A stretch of 45,427 nucleotides of DNA from contig NC_057728.1 of NCBI RefSeq assembly GCF_004010195.1, positions 54,102,710 through 54,148,136 on the forward strand, written 5' to 3'. This document shows, piece by piece, positions 1-11,614 of this stretch. The translations under genes were made by a program, and so were the position numbers. Source of the DNA: Chiloscyllium plagiosum (Eukaryota). Under the pieces are notes generated by a model that saw only the letters and a list, made by a program, of their open reading frames with translations, searched no databases and had not been told where the DNA came from. How positions within the stretch are numbered: position 1 is the first letter of the stretch; every line of letters begins with the position of its first letter.

Positions 1-86
1 TTGAACCTTCACCAACTCTCTGAATAGCATCCCATCTAGACCCAACCCTTTCTCCTATCCCCATAACCCAGCATTTCCCATGGCTA

Positions 87-194
87 GGTAAAAACAATGA
101 CTGCAGATGCTGGAAACAAGATTCTGGATCAGTGGTGCTGGAAGAGCACAGCAATTCAGGCAGCATCCGAGGACAGGCAAAATCGACGTTTCGG
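87..194 (-). mobile_element. Penelope-like terminal repeat fragment
   Basis: actgcagatgctgga...gcacagcaattcaggcagcatcc...aatcgacgtttcgg. Homologous to the ends at 32152 and 45116; the 32152 copy is joined to GIY-YIG coding sequence. Confidence 0.75.
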
Positions 195-240
195 CTAACC
201 TACCTAACCAGCACATCCCTAGTCACTAAGTGTAATTTAT

Positions 241-333
241 TCCTGATAAAGGGTTTATGCCCAATATGTTGATTCTTCTGCTCCTCAGATGCTGCCTAAC
301 CTGCTATGCTTTTCCAGCGCTACACTTTTCAAC
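241..333 (+). mobile_element. Penelope-like terminal repeat fragment with degenerate hammerhead motif
   Basis: cctgataaagggtttatgcccaatatgttgattc...gatgctgcctaacctgctatgctttccagc; matches the reverse complement of 45160-45240. Confidence 0.72.
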
Positions 334-841
334 ACTATGGACAATTTAGCATGGCCAATGCATGTAACCTGCTCATCTTTGGACTCAGGGAGGAAACCGG
401 AGCACCTGGAATACACCCTAACTGACACAGGGAGAATGTACAAACTCCATACAAATAGTCAGCCACAGCTGGAATTTAACTCAGGTCCTTGGAGCTGTGA
501 AGTCAGCACTGAGCCACCACACCACCCACAGGGCTTTTGCACATGCCCTGGTTTTCTCTTTGGTCAGGTATATAGTGCTAGTGCAGAGGGAAGTTCAGGC
601 TTACCTCACTCAATGCTGGACAGAAAGTAAATCTTGAGTTGATCAAGCAACCATCACACACAAGATTGATCACTTGCTTTTAGAGATTAATCAATTACAA
701 TACCACAAGACGTGCCCATAGAACATGCTGTAGTGTAGTGGGATAGGAGTTTCCCATCAGCCCTCACATGGATGTGAACTATCTGCAGAGTATCAGGATA
801 TGCAGACTGGCTTTAATGAGGATGGTTGAGGAATAAAGATT

Positions 842-879
842 GGTTCTGAAGAAGGGTCAGTGGACCTGAAATGTTAGCT
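842..879 (+). ncRNA. Minimal type-I hammerhead ribozyme motif (Penelope-associated)
   Basis: Helix I GGUU(842-845)/AGCU(876-879), with wobbles. Core CUGAAGA (846-852). Helix II GGGUC-AGUG-GACCU. GAAA (868-871). Near-palindromic helix III AUGU; predicted cleavage after GUU (875). Confidence 0.6.
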
Positions 880-985
880 CAGCTTTCTCACCATAGATGC
901 TGGCAGACCTGCTGAACTTTTCCAGCAATTTCTACTTTTGTTTATTTCTATTTTTTTTTTCAACATCCACAGTTCTTTCAGTTTT
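842..985 (+). mobile_element. Penelope-like terminal repeat (second subfamily)
   Basis: gttctgaagaagggtcagtggacctgaaatgttagctc...gatgctggcagacctgctgaacttttccagcaatttct; homologous to 11696-11830. Confidence 0.72.
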
Positions 986-1815
986 GAGTCCAGAATGGGA
1001 CTTGGACCCAAGATTGTGGCTTGGAGATGGGGACATGCCACTAGATCTCCTCCAAAGAGGTTCATAACCTTGAAGGAGAAGCCAGTATTGATTTGGGGAG
1101 TGCGGATGCTATATGTGCTCCATTGTGTTATTGGTGTATATGGAGCAACACTTTTCCACTTCCTGGAGATCTTTACTCGCATTTTAAGGCTATTTTCACA
1201 TCCTTTTATTTAGAGCAGGTTTGTTCTCCTTAGGCATTTTCAAGCTCAATCTCAGACCTGAAAATCTCTTTGGTTGCCTCAAATGTTCTGTTTGAAACAA
1301 GGTCATCGCACCAGATTCTTTAAATCTTAATAATTTCCATTGTACCATGTTACATCATACACATGGAGGCAATGGCTGACGGTGACAGTGGAAAATCACA
1401 TTCCTTTTCATGTGAGATGGGAACTTTGTGCATGAATAGCTTGCCAAGTAATGGATCACTGGGAGTCATTGTGTGATGGAAAAAGCTGACACTTGCAAAG
1501 AGGGATGAGTTCTTTAACTGTATGATTTGGATATTTACTGTCTAAAATAAATTAAATTGGTCCCTAACAGCAGCATGAAATGGATTTGTAGGAAATTGGC
1601 AGTCATTTTTTTTTCACTACAACTGATCTTCTTTCCACAGAAGGTCATAGCATGACAGTTCAAACCTATGACCTGTTTCCATGTAAATTTTACTTGTTTT
1701 GATTTTTTTAAAGATCTTGGCACCGTTTTCCAAGCTAATAGCAAATAAAAATCAGCACAATTGAAATGTTAGTGATCGATTCACTGGGAGCTCCATTCCC
1801 TCAGCTATTGCAATT

Positions 1816-2115
1816 TGGCTCAGTGATTAGCACTGCTGCCTCACAGCACCAGGGTCCCAGGTTCAATTCCAGCCTCGGGCAACTATCTGTGTGGAGTTTG
1901 CACATTCTCCCTGTGTCTGCATGGGTTTCCTCCGGGTGCTCCGGTTTCCTCCCACAGCCCAAAGATGTGCAGGTTAGGTGAATTGGCCATGCTAAATTGC
2001 CCATAGTGTTAGGTGCATTAGTCAGAGGGAAATGTGTCTGAATGAGTTATTCTTCAGATGGTCGGTGTGGACTTGTTGGGCCTAAAGGCCTGTTTTGACA
2101 CTGTAGGGAATCTAA
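1816..2115 (+). mobile_element. HE1-like tRNA-derived V-SINE, near full length
   Basis: Pol III box A TGGCTCAGTGA (1816) and box B GGTTCAATTCC (1860). V-domain TGTGTGGAGTTTGCACATTCTCCC...GGGTTTCCTCCGGGTGCTCCGGTTTCCTCCCACA. CR1-like tail gggcctaaaggcctgtt. Confidence 0.9.
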
Positions 2116-2357
2116 CCACAAACATCTGTAACCCTATGAGAATGGGAGCAACTGCAAAAAGCTTCAAAACCTGAGTGAGAACATGGTTCAGTGCTGGTGG
2201 TCAAGTCTCAAAATCATGGTTATCGTTTTACTGCTCCAGCATGACATTATAGCACATCATCTCATGCTGATATTTCCAAGTGTTACTACTAACCATTTTC
2301 CTGTTCCGGTAGACACAAAGGGAGAGATTTTAACTAATCAAAACCCAACCCACACAT

Positions 2358-2447
2358 AGTTAGATGAAGGGCTTATGCCTGAAATGTCAACTCTCCTGCT
2401 CCTCGGATGCTGCCTGACCAGCTGTGCTTTTCCAGCATCACACTCTA
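2358..2447 (+). mobile_element. Penelope-like terminal repeat fragment with mutated hammerhead core
   Basis: agttagatgaagggcttatgcctgaaatgtcaact...gatgctgcctgaccagctgtgcttttccagc. Confidence 0.72.
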
Positions 2448-2883
2448 TAACAATTAAAATCAGGCCCATAACCATTGAGTCAACCAGCAGATCAAGAGAC
2501 CATTCAACTCTATACTTACATGGGCTGTTTGGAAGATTTATTCAGTTAGCCTCACTCACTTGCTCTTTCCTCTTGACCCACTACTTTTTTGGCTATGAAG
2601 TTTCTCCTTTTGCACATTCATAGTGAATCCTCCATTCTTTCAGGTGGTACATTCCATAGCAAAACAACTCAGAGACACATGTAGAATCATCTGTATTGCC
2701 CCTCTGCATTTTCCTTAGTTTTCTGCCTAACATTTCAGCTGCTCAGAATTGGGATACTCCCAGTGTAACATAAGAACTTTGACAGAAAGCCTAATAACTT
2801 TGTGTAACATTTTTCTTTGAACAAAAACCACAGATAAATTAGCTGGTCATCTGTTTCATATGATTTATCCATAAGGAACTGTT

Positions 2884-3075
2884 TCACTGTTCCTTCACTG
2901 TTACTGGGTTAATATCCTGGGACTCACTCACTAACAGCATTGTGGTTATCCTTACACCATGTGGATTGTAGCAGTTCAAGAAGACTGCTCTATGCCACCT
3001 TTCGAACTTCACAAGGGCAATTAACAATAAGCAATAAATGCTGGGCCATACCAATGCTGCCCAGATCCCATGAAG
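2884..3075 (+). mobile_element. 3' end of a LINE (CR1/L2 group), within degenerate SacSINE-like tail sequence
   Basis: ccttcactgttactgggtt...gcagttcaagaagactgctc...aagggcaatt...aataaatgctgg. Homologous copies at 29845 (-), 39617 (+) and 37775 (-). Confidence 0.6.
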
Positions 3076-3214
3076 TACTACATTAGAAAAAATGCAAATT
3101 GGTTGATGTATTTCTTTAAACAGCAGTAGTGACTATCATACAAATGTATGTGACTGATCCGAATTTTTGGGGCTCCCCAAAAGGCAAAATCAGAGGCAGG
3201 AAACCTCTGTCAAT

Positions 3215-3600
3215 CTAGGATGACTCAAATCTTCATTCCATCCTCCAAATTGTTGGTGGACAATGGCGAACAAGATCAATCCCTTGATGAAATGGCTACT
3301 CAGCCTCTATGGGAACTCCAGAGACAGAATCGCAATGCAACTAATGCTATCTGCTCAATATGACAATCCTGGAGAAGGTCTTTGGGTTTGTAAAGATGCA
3401 GTTCTGTTGCTTGGACCACTGTGCTCTCCAGTACCCTCCTGCAAGGACCATAGCCATCGTGCTCTTAGTTTTACAGAAATTTCCATTGAGGCATACATCT
3501 TGAGGACAATGGAAGGAGACACCTCATTGGGAGAAGTGAAGAAGCAGGAGGATGAAAGAGGAGTCTGAAGGAAGAGGTGGACAAGAAGAAATGGAAAGAA
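3215..3600 (+). mobile_element. Degenerate PIF/Harbinger transposase relic (C-terminal DDE region)
   Basis: The frame from 3360 reads MTILEKVFGFVKMQFCCLDHCALQYPPARTIAIV, resembling Harbinger/HARBI1 IERxFGLLKxRFRCLDxSGGALQYxP. An upstream frame reads NPLMKWLL (cf. GDxGYPLxxWLMTP). A purine-rich acidic tail follows. Frameshifted. Confidence 0.7.
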
Positions 3601-5652
3601 ATGACACTGAGCAGTGAGGTGACCCTGGTGCATATGAAGATGGCCTTACCTTACTACCCTTTAGGAAGAGGATATTCCTCTTCTCCATCACATTAGAGCC
3701 AGATCGGCATCAATGAAGCAACAAGTTGCCCTATCCTCACGGTAAGGTCTCAGGTTCCCACTTCTTGCTTCTCTCTGGTGCTGTTGAAGGTTTTGGCACA
3801 AACTGCAGTTCTCTCCCTCAGCAGCCTAGGTAACGGCTACAGTGAAGACTCTAAACAAGAGCCACACTTTATCGGACCTGCCTCGGTTCCTACCTCCATT
3901 GGCTCTAAGTGAGCAGCAAACAGATCCACATATCAACTAAAGGCTTTCCATGCAGAAATCAGGATTTTCATTTATTTTCTCCTGCAGACAGGTTTCCGAT
4001 CCAAAAATAGGTCCTGTTTCACATCTCTGGCAAAAATCTGATCCTTGGTCTCAGGTTGCTTTGGAATGCCCACAGATATGAAAGAAATGCATCGTAGAAT
4101 AGCATTAGTTAGGCAGCATTTCCCAGTTGCTACCACCTGGATGGTTGAGGGCATCAAGTGAATAGGAACACCACCAAGAAGTTTCGCTTCCAGTTACACA
4201 CACCAGTGCAACCTGGGCACATACCCTACGTTTGTTCCTATCTGAAAGGCTTTCATCTTCTTGTCTAACAGTATAAGTAAAACTCTCATCAGAGAGACTG
4301 CAGTCGTTCAGAAAGGTAGTTCCTTGTTACCTTATTGAGAGTGACTAGACTTGGACAATACGTTGCAAACTTGTCAGCTATTCCCATGTCCCCAGAATGA
4401 TTTTGTACAATGTTTTGTGCAATTAAACAAACAGCACTCTCGTGAGCTATATTACATTGAACATCCAGTTAATAACCCATATATTTGTCTTTTAAATCAA
4501 AGACTCGACATACAGAATTTACTTTGCAGTTGCTATTCTGGTGAATCAGGCCGGCATGCCTGCAGCAGATAAGATCACTGTTGCCAACAGATATCAATTA
4601 ACTTATAAACAAAGACAACAAAGGCAAAACAGATTCTATCAGACTTGAAAAGTTTGATAAATGGCAAAACACAGAGAGCTGAAATCAATGAGGCAAATTC
4701 TAAAATAATAAACGGCTTTTGCTAATGGAAACATGCATCAGTTGATGTTTATGACAATTCTTCCACGACTACTTTCCCACAAGTTGTAGCTACACCAATA
4801 TTTTCCCACAGTGACTTCTTTTTATACAGATGATCCAATTAGACATTTGCAAACTCACTATGTGAACTATTGTCCAAGTTGAAAAATCGTTTTACACAAT
4901 TTTATGTGGAAAGGGAATTGCATATATTTGTGCAGAATTTAACAATATTGTGTTTAGGGGTACAGTTTTAGCCCTGAGTGACTGTAACATCTTTGGTGGT
5001 CATAAGTAACTTGCACATTGAAATTACAGTCTGCGCTGAATATGTTCCTACATATTAAAATGATTCCAATAGTAGGGAAGCACAAGTTGTGCATCATGGG
5101 ACTTTCCATTGGGTACTCATTTTTCTTAGTCTCCATTTAATCACGGGACTAATATGGAACATCATAAAGTATTTTCATCTGATTAGATCTTCTAAATTTC
5201 CATACCATGGTCAATGTGCCTCCAATGATCAGCAAATGTTATAGCACAAGAATAAGATGGTGATTGGCACAAACCCAGTCAAGCTCTGTGAAATGGTGCA
5301 ACCCTACAATCAACACATATTTAATCTCCGGTCTTTATTTACAATGAAGATAAAATTAATAATTAAAGTATATAACTATCATTAGAAGCAAGCTACTGAA
5401 ATATGCTGTCAAGATTAAATTTCAAATCCACATTAACTGCCCCAATCTTTTTACTGGTAAAGAAGTTCACATTAAACATCTCTGCTGTAGTCCTGTATTC
5501 TCACTGAATTAATTATTGTTTTCAGTGGAGTTCAGTGTGATCATTAGTCCAATAACACTTTTTTTTTAAATTATCTATATCATAGAGAGCCTTTTAAATT
5601 CAGTGAGTGCAAGGGAATGGGATTTGACTAGATTGCACCAGATGAAGATTTT

Positions 5653-6432
5653 TAGAGTCATAGAGATGTACAGCATGGAAACAGACCCTTTGGTCCAATT
5701 CGTCCGTGCCGATCAGATATCCTAAATAAATCTAGTCCCATTTACCAGCATCTGGCCCATATCCCTCCAAACCCTATCTATTCTTATACCGATCCAGGTG
5801 GCTTTTAAATGCTGCAATTGTACCAGCTTCCACCACTTCCTCTGACAGCTCATTCCATACACGCACCACCCTCTATGTGAAAAGGATGCTCCTTGGATCC
5901 GTCTTAAATTTTTTCCCTCTCGCTTATGCCCTCTAGTTTTAGACTCCCTTGCCCCAGCGAAAAAGCCTTGTCAATTCACCCTATCCATGCCCCTCATGAT
6001 TTTATAAACCTCAATAAGTTCCATTCCAGGGAAAACAACCCCAGCCTATTCAGCCTTTCCTTAAAGCTCAAATACTCCAACGCTTGCAACATCCTAGTAT
6101 ATATTTTCTGAACCCTTTCAAGTTTCACAACATCCTGTGAACAGCAGAGAGACCAGAACTGAACACAGTATTCCAAAAGTGGTCTAACCAATGTCCTGTA
6201 AAGCTGCAACATGACCTTCCAACTGCTATGCCCAATGCACCTACCAATAAAGGCAAGCATACCAAATGCCTTCTTCACTACCCAGTCTATCTGTGACTCC
6301 ACTTTCTAGGAAATATGAACCTGCACTCCAAGGTTTTTCTGTTCAGCAACTTTCCCTAGGACCTTACCATTAAGTCTATAAGTCCTGCCCTGATTTGCCT
6401 TTCCAAAATGCAGCACTTCACATTTATCTAAG
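5653..6432 (-). mobile_element. CR1/HER1-type LINE, 5'-truncated
   Basis: ORF 5994-6302 encodes the CR1 ORF2 C-terminus (KKAFGMLAFI...LYRTLVRPLLEYCVQFWS...LERVQK...RLNRLGLFSLE). 3' UTR ends in the ctctatgactct tail. Confidence 0.92.
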
Positions 6433-6439
6433 TTTTTCC

Positions 6440-6766
6440 TTCTTTCATTTAGTGGGTTTTGGGCATTGCTGGCAGGGCAGGATTTTTTGCTAATCCCAAG
6501 AGCAGTTCAGAGTCAATCACAATGTTGAGAGTTTGGAGGCACATCAAGGCCAAATTGGGTAATTAGTGCAGATTTCCTTCCTCTAGAGAACATTAGTAAA
6601 CAAGACGGGTTGTTACGAAAATAAATGATAATTTAATGGCTATGGTTTGCAATGCTAGCCTTCAATTCTGGATCTGTTCATTGAATTTACCTCTTGCCCC
6701 TGAGAATTAGACTGGGCTTTAGGATTATTAGTCCAGCAACATGACCGCCACACTGCCATGTCTCCC
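6440..6766 (-). mobile_element. tRNA-derived SINE sharing its 3' tail with the LINE at 2884/29845
   Basis: tRNA-like head at ~6700-6766 on the minus strand. Body homologous to 19945-20300 (+); head fragment also at 30390-30474. Confidence 0.55.
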
Positions 6767-7342
6767 AGCACATCGGCAATGCACTGAATGCCCTTTCTTG
6801 ATCTCCAGTTACTATAGCAAAAACATTGGCAACCAAATGAATACAATTAGCCTATGCTTAAAAACTGCAATTCTATGATTTAAAATATTATTTTCAAGAG
6901 GACAAGACATTTTTATAGGATCATAAAATGCTTCCAGATCCTGGGATTTCCTCCAACTCATGTTACAAATGGAATGCTTGCCATTCACATTTGCTGGGGG
7001 AGGATGAGGGTATGGTGTTATCAGGGAATTGGGTGCTGCACTGTTGAGATATACAGGCCAGAAGATTTGGTTAGCAGGTGGTGTTGTTAAACATATCATC
7101 ATTAGCAGCTGGTGTTCCAACCACTATCACCATAGCTCTACACACAGGATTAAAACATTGCAGTCTCTAAGACTGCTCTGATTGGCAATGTAAGGTAGCA
7201 GATCATTTGTTCATTGATGCTCCATATTCTTTGAATGCAGTGAATGAGGGGTTACAATAAACACCATGTTTTCATTTGAAAGGTCATTTTAGTGGTCAGC
7301 TTTCAAAGGAACTGCTCAGTTGTTGGTTAAATTATTAAAAAA

Positions 7343-7995
7343 GACAGAAAGAACTTGCATTCAAAGAGTACCATTCGCAACATCAAAACATTCCAAAGTG
7401 TATTACGGCCAGTTAAATACTTCCAAGGATGGTCACGGTTATAGTGTCAGAAGTGCAGCAATCAATTTGCACAGCAAGTTCTCATAAATATCAATGCGGT
7501 AATAATTCAAGAACTTATTTTTGTCCTTTTAGTTTTAGGATAGTGAAGTCACAGTAGTGCTACTGGATATAGGGTACTCTTTCATTAGAGAGTGACACAG
7601 ATGGTGGTTTAACCTGAGGATCACTATACCCAAACAAGGGAAGAGGTTGAGGAGGAGAGGGTTTCAGAGTAAACTCTGCACTGAACCCATGCTGTTGGCA
7701 TCACTCTGCATAACAAACCAACCATACAGCCAACTGAGCGAATTGCTTTAAGTAAGACACCTGGGATAATTCCACTACTCTGCTACTGAATAGTGGCAGA
7801 GGATCTTTAATCTCCATCTGAAAGTGCTGTTGAGGTTTAACACTTTTTCCAAAATGTGGCCCCTCCAACAGTGCAGTACTCCCTCAGTACTGCATTGTCG
7901 CGTCAGCCTAGATCTTTGATTTCAAATTTCTGGAGTGGGATATGAACTCACAACCTCCTGATTCTGATTCAAAAACATGTTAGCACGTTGAATGC
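7343..7995 (-). mobile_element. Deu-domain SINE (SacSINE1/AmnSINE-like), near full length, interrupted
   Basis: Deu core cctccaacagtgcagtactccctcagtactgca (7863-7893); head ggagtgggatatgaactcacaacc; tail agaaagaacttgcatt...caatttgcacagcaag at 7343-7510. Confidence 0.75.
7543..7742 (-). mobile_element. Short tRNA-derived SINE nested in the Deu-SINE
   Basis: Minus strand begins GCTCAGTTGGCTG (box A-like) with GGGTTCAGTGC (box B-like), then cctctcctcctcaacctcttccc...cctcaggttaaaccacc. Confidence 0.65.
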
Positions 7996-8717
7996 ATGCT
8001 TACAGACGAATTACTGCAGTCACATGCACTTGAAACAAGTCTCAAGAGGAAGCAGCAGTGGAGAATTTTCCAACAGTCTGCAAATTATTCACAATTACTT
8101 TGTGCAGATTGCTTCTGAAGTAAAGACTGAATAGAGAAACAGATGGGTTTATTCTCTAAGATAAAGCAATATGCCATTGAAAGACTGGAATGCTTAGAAC
8201 CATGTGTGTGGCTCAATGACTGATGGAATAACCAAACAGAGAGTGAGGAATGTTTGGTTTCCTGCAAATGTAAAACTGTTTAGAGATTTGAAACTTGGAG
8301 ATTGGAAACAGATAAGTGTCAGTAATAGGAAATATTTACCCATCAATTAGCTACGTGGACCAGATGCATGACTTGAAAGAGTAATCACATTAGCAGGACT
8401 CTGGGGAAAGCTCTTTGCAGTTACTTTGCTATGGCACTTAGTCTTATGCTGCTGCTGTTAACTCCTGATAGTCAATCTTTGCCCAGGGGCAGCATGCTAT
8501 CCCATACAGTTCAAAAATAATTATTGTTAGATTCCCTACAATTAACACTTTACATTCATATTTTACCCTTTCCAAAGTTGGCCTCATCCAAATTAGCAAG
8601 TGTAGATTTCTGTAAAAGTTCCACTTTCAAAACTGCTTAGCCTACAGCTCATTACAAGGATGCATGGCTATGTTATGCATGACCAGATTTTCTGTTTGGT
8701 TTTCCAAATTCAAGAGA

Positions 8718-8940
8718 TGGCTCAGTGGGAGCTCTCATCTCGAGAGACAGGAGGCTGTGAGTTCAGGCCCCCTCCAGCCATAAAATCACCTAATGCAAGT
8801 TGACATGACAGTGCAGCCTGGAAGGAGTTGCTTAATCTAAAAGCCTTCCAACTTGCCCAGGTGGATGTAGATAACTTTTCACCATTATCAGAAGAAGAAC
8901 AGGGGAGCTCTCATAATGTCCTGTCCTGGGTTATTATCAC
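8718..8940 (+). mobile_element. Degenerate Deu-domain SINE
   Basis: tggctcagtgg head; acagtgcagcctggaaggagttgc; caggtggatgtagata...gaagaagaacaggggagctctc...tgtcctg. Confidence 0.6.
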
Positions 8941-9299
8941 CAGAACAGTCTAACGAGTCAAAGACAGAATATTACAGCAGAGACACTATGCAGCCCATCA
9001 ACCTTTGTGTTCACTTCATTTTGAGAGCAATCCACTTTGCCTCACTTTCTCGTACTTACCCAATATCCCTGCATGAAAGCATTTATCTAATTTGCAAACA
9101 TCATTTTGGCAGATGCTGCACTTTATGAACTTTTCAAGCATTTTCAAGTTTTACTTGAGACTTCCTGCATCCAGCATTTTTTCTGCCATATTTTCTTCCT
9201 TTGTGTTTATCTATTTTCTTTTAGAGACTTTGTTTGATTGTTTCCATTCCTCTTTTAGGCAGGGCATTCCAAATCACAACCACTCATTGTCCTTGTTAA

Positions 9300-9500
9300 C
9301 AGTCACAGAAATATCAAACTGTTACAGTGCAGAAGTAGATCCTTCTGCCCATCACATCTGCACCAGCTCTCCAACTAAACATTTTAATTTAGTACCAATC
9401 TCCTGCCTTTCCCCTATAACACTACACACTATTTCTATTCAAATAATCATTTAGTACCCTCTTAAATGCCTCAGTTAAACCTGTCTCCACGCATACTTCC
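9300..9500 (-). mobile_element. Old CR1 3'-end fragment
   Basis: acagtgcagaagtagatccttctgcccatc...ctgcaccagctctcc...ccctcttaaatgcctc, a reverse CR1 3' UTR pattern. Confidence 0.55.
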
Positions 9501-9927
9501 AGATGATTTGTGCCTTTTGGTGTTGACTGTTCAATCACTGGAACCAGTTTCGAGTCACATACTCTAGCAAAATCTTTTATTATTTTAAACAGCCCAACGT
9601 GATCTTTTCAACTTTCTCTGCTCCTTGTGGGGAGCATCTTTCTGCATTTATCTCACCCCATCATTGGAACTCATGCATGTAGAACCTAGGTTCTCGAATT
9701 CCTTTTCCAAATGTCTTCACCTCTCTCTTTTCAAAAATCAAGCATGCACTCCAGGATCATATAAGGGAGTATTATCAGAGTTGCCAACAATTCTGATGAA
9801 TTTGTTAAACAGATGCCCTGTCTTCTCCTTAGGGAAGATGCCAAGAATTCAATGACATTATTTTAAAGAAGGGGAAGGTGCACTGGCAAATACATGAACT
9901 TTGCGAAAGAAATGCAATTTTTCTTGT

Positions 9928-11349
9928 AGAGTCATAGAGATGTACAGCATGGAAACAGACCCTTCGGTCCAACCTGTCCATGCCGACCAGATATCCCAAC
10001 CCAATCTAGTCTCACCTGCCAGCACCCGGCCCATATCCCTCCAAACCCTTCCTATTCTATACCCATNNNNNNNNNNNNNNNNNNNNNNNNNNNNNNNNNN
10101 NNNNNNNNNNNNNNNNNNNNNNNNNNNNNNNNNNNNNNNNNNNNNNNNNNNNNNNNNNNNNNNNNNNNNNNNNNNNNNNNNNNNNNNNNNNNNNNNNNNN
10201 NNNNNNNNNNNNNNNNNNNNNNNNNNNNNNNNNNNNNNNNNNNNNNNNNNNNNNNNNNNNNNNNNNNNNNNNNNNNNNNNNNNNNNNNNNNNNNNNNNNN
10301 NNNNNNNNNNNNNNNNNNNNNNNNNNNNNNNNNNNNNNNNNNNNNNNNNNNNNNNNNNNNNNNNNNNNNNNNNNNNNNNNNNNNNNNNNNNNNNNNNNNN
10401 NNNNNNNNNNNNNNNNNNNNNNNNNNNNNNNNNNNNNNNNNNNNNNNNNNNNNNNNNNNNNNNNNNNNNNNNNNNNNNNNNNNNNNNNNNNNNNNNNNNN
10501 NNNNNNNNNNNNNNNNNNNNNNNNNNNNNNNNNNNNNNNNNNNNNNNNNNNNNNNNNNNNNNNNNNNNNNNNNNNNNNNNNNNNNNNNNNNNNNNNNNNN
10601 NNNNNNNNNNNNNNNNNNNNNNNNNNNNNNNNNNNNNNNNNNNNNNNNNNNNNNNNNNNNNNNNNNNNNNNNNNNNNNNNNNNNNNNNNNNNNNNNNNNN
10701 NNNNNNNNNNNNNNNNNNNNNNNNNNNNNNNNNNNNNNNNNNNNNNNNNNNNNNNNNNNNNNNNNNNNNNNNNNNNNNNNNNNNNNNNNNNNNNNNNNNN
10801 NNNNNNNNNNNNNNNNNNNNNNNNNNNNNNNNNNNNNNNNNNNNNNNNNNNNNNNNNNNNNNNNNNNNNNNNNNNNNNNNNNNNNNNNNNNNNNNNNNNN
10901 NNNNNNNNNNNNNNNNNNNNNNNNNNNNNNNNNNNNNNNNNNNNNNNNNNNNNNNNNNNNNNNNNNNNNNNNNNNNNNNNNNNNNNNNNNNNNNNNNNNN
11001 NNNNNNNNNNNNNNNNNNNNNNNNNNNNNNNNNNNNNNNNNNNNNNNNAAATCATTTATGTAAATGACAAAAAGTAGAGGACCCAGCACCGATCCTTGTG
11101 GCACTCCACTGGTCACAGGCCTCCAGTTTGAAAAACAACCCTCCACCACCACCATCTGTCTTCTACCTTTGAGCCAGTTCTGTATCCAAATGGCTAGTTC
11201 TCCCTGTATTCCATGAGATCTAACCTTGCTAATCAGTCTCCCATGAGAAACCTTGTCGAACGCCTTACTGAAGTCATAGATCACATCTACTGCTCTGCCC
11301 TCATCAATCTTCTTTGTTACTTCTTCAAAAAACTCAATCAAGTTTGTGT
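9928..11349 (-). mobile_element. Young CR1 LINE (reverse transcriptase region plus 3' UTR) spanning the gap
   Basis: Right of the gap: [32 protein letters not shown]...[25 protein letters not shown] (RT motifs). Left of the gap: the same 3' tail as the 5653 copy. Confidence 0.92.
10067..11048. other. Assembly gap (982 N)
   Basis: Run of N flanked on both sides by minus-strand CR1 sequence. Confidence 0.99.
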
Positions 11350-11614
11350 AGTTAATTTATTAATGTAGAATTTTGCAAATCTCGTCACTTGTGTAACCGA
11401 CTTTTTGATCATCACAAATATGGACTTTGCCAAAATTTTGCAATGTCTGCAATTTCTGACATTTGTCTAACACTGCTGGTTAAAAAAAAACCTGAAGCAG
11501 AAGATAAAAACTACTCGGTCCCTAAGGAATGCTATTAAGGAAGGGAAGTGGGATATATGTCTGGTAGTGGCATCCTACTGGAGGAAGCAGAAATGGCAGT
11601 TTATGATCATAAGG

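Larger units (their letters stand above)
20..519 (-). mobile_element. HE1-like V-SINE interrupted by two Penelope terminal fragments
   Basis: 336-519 is the reverse complement of the element at 1816 (caatttagcatggccaat...ggaggaaaccggagcacctgga...ggagaatgtacaaactcc). SINE tail-like sequence at ~20-86 and ~195-240 flanks the inserts. Confidence 0.75.

Noticed and set aside
289..630. 113-aa ORF, and similar ORFs at 1766-2004
   Set aside because: Chance translations of HE1 SINE sequence.
1816..1880. tRNA-like A and B boxes as a tRNA gene
   Set aside because: Continues directly into a SINE body and tail, so it is a SINE head.
8085..8267. ORF with repeated KHSSLS, and two GGAATG motifs 60 bp apart
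   Set aside because: Nucleotide similarity is limited to a few bases; no splice signals or homology; likely chance.
9901..11341. Long ORFs of 332-429 aa
   Set aside because: Artefacts of the N gap; only the CR1 RT fragment is real.
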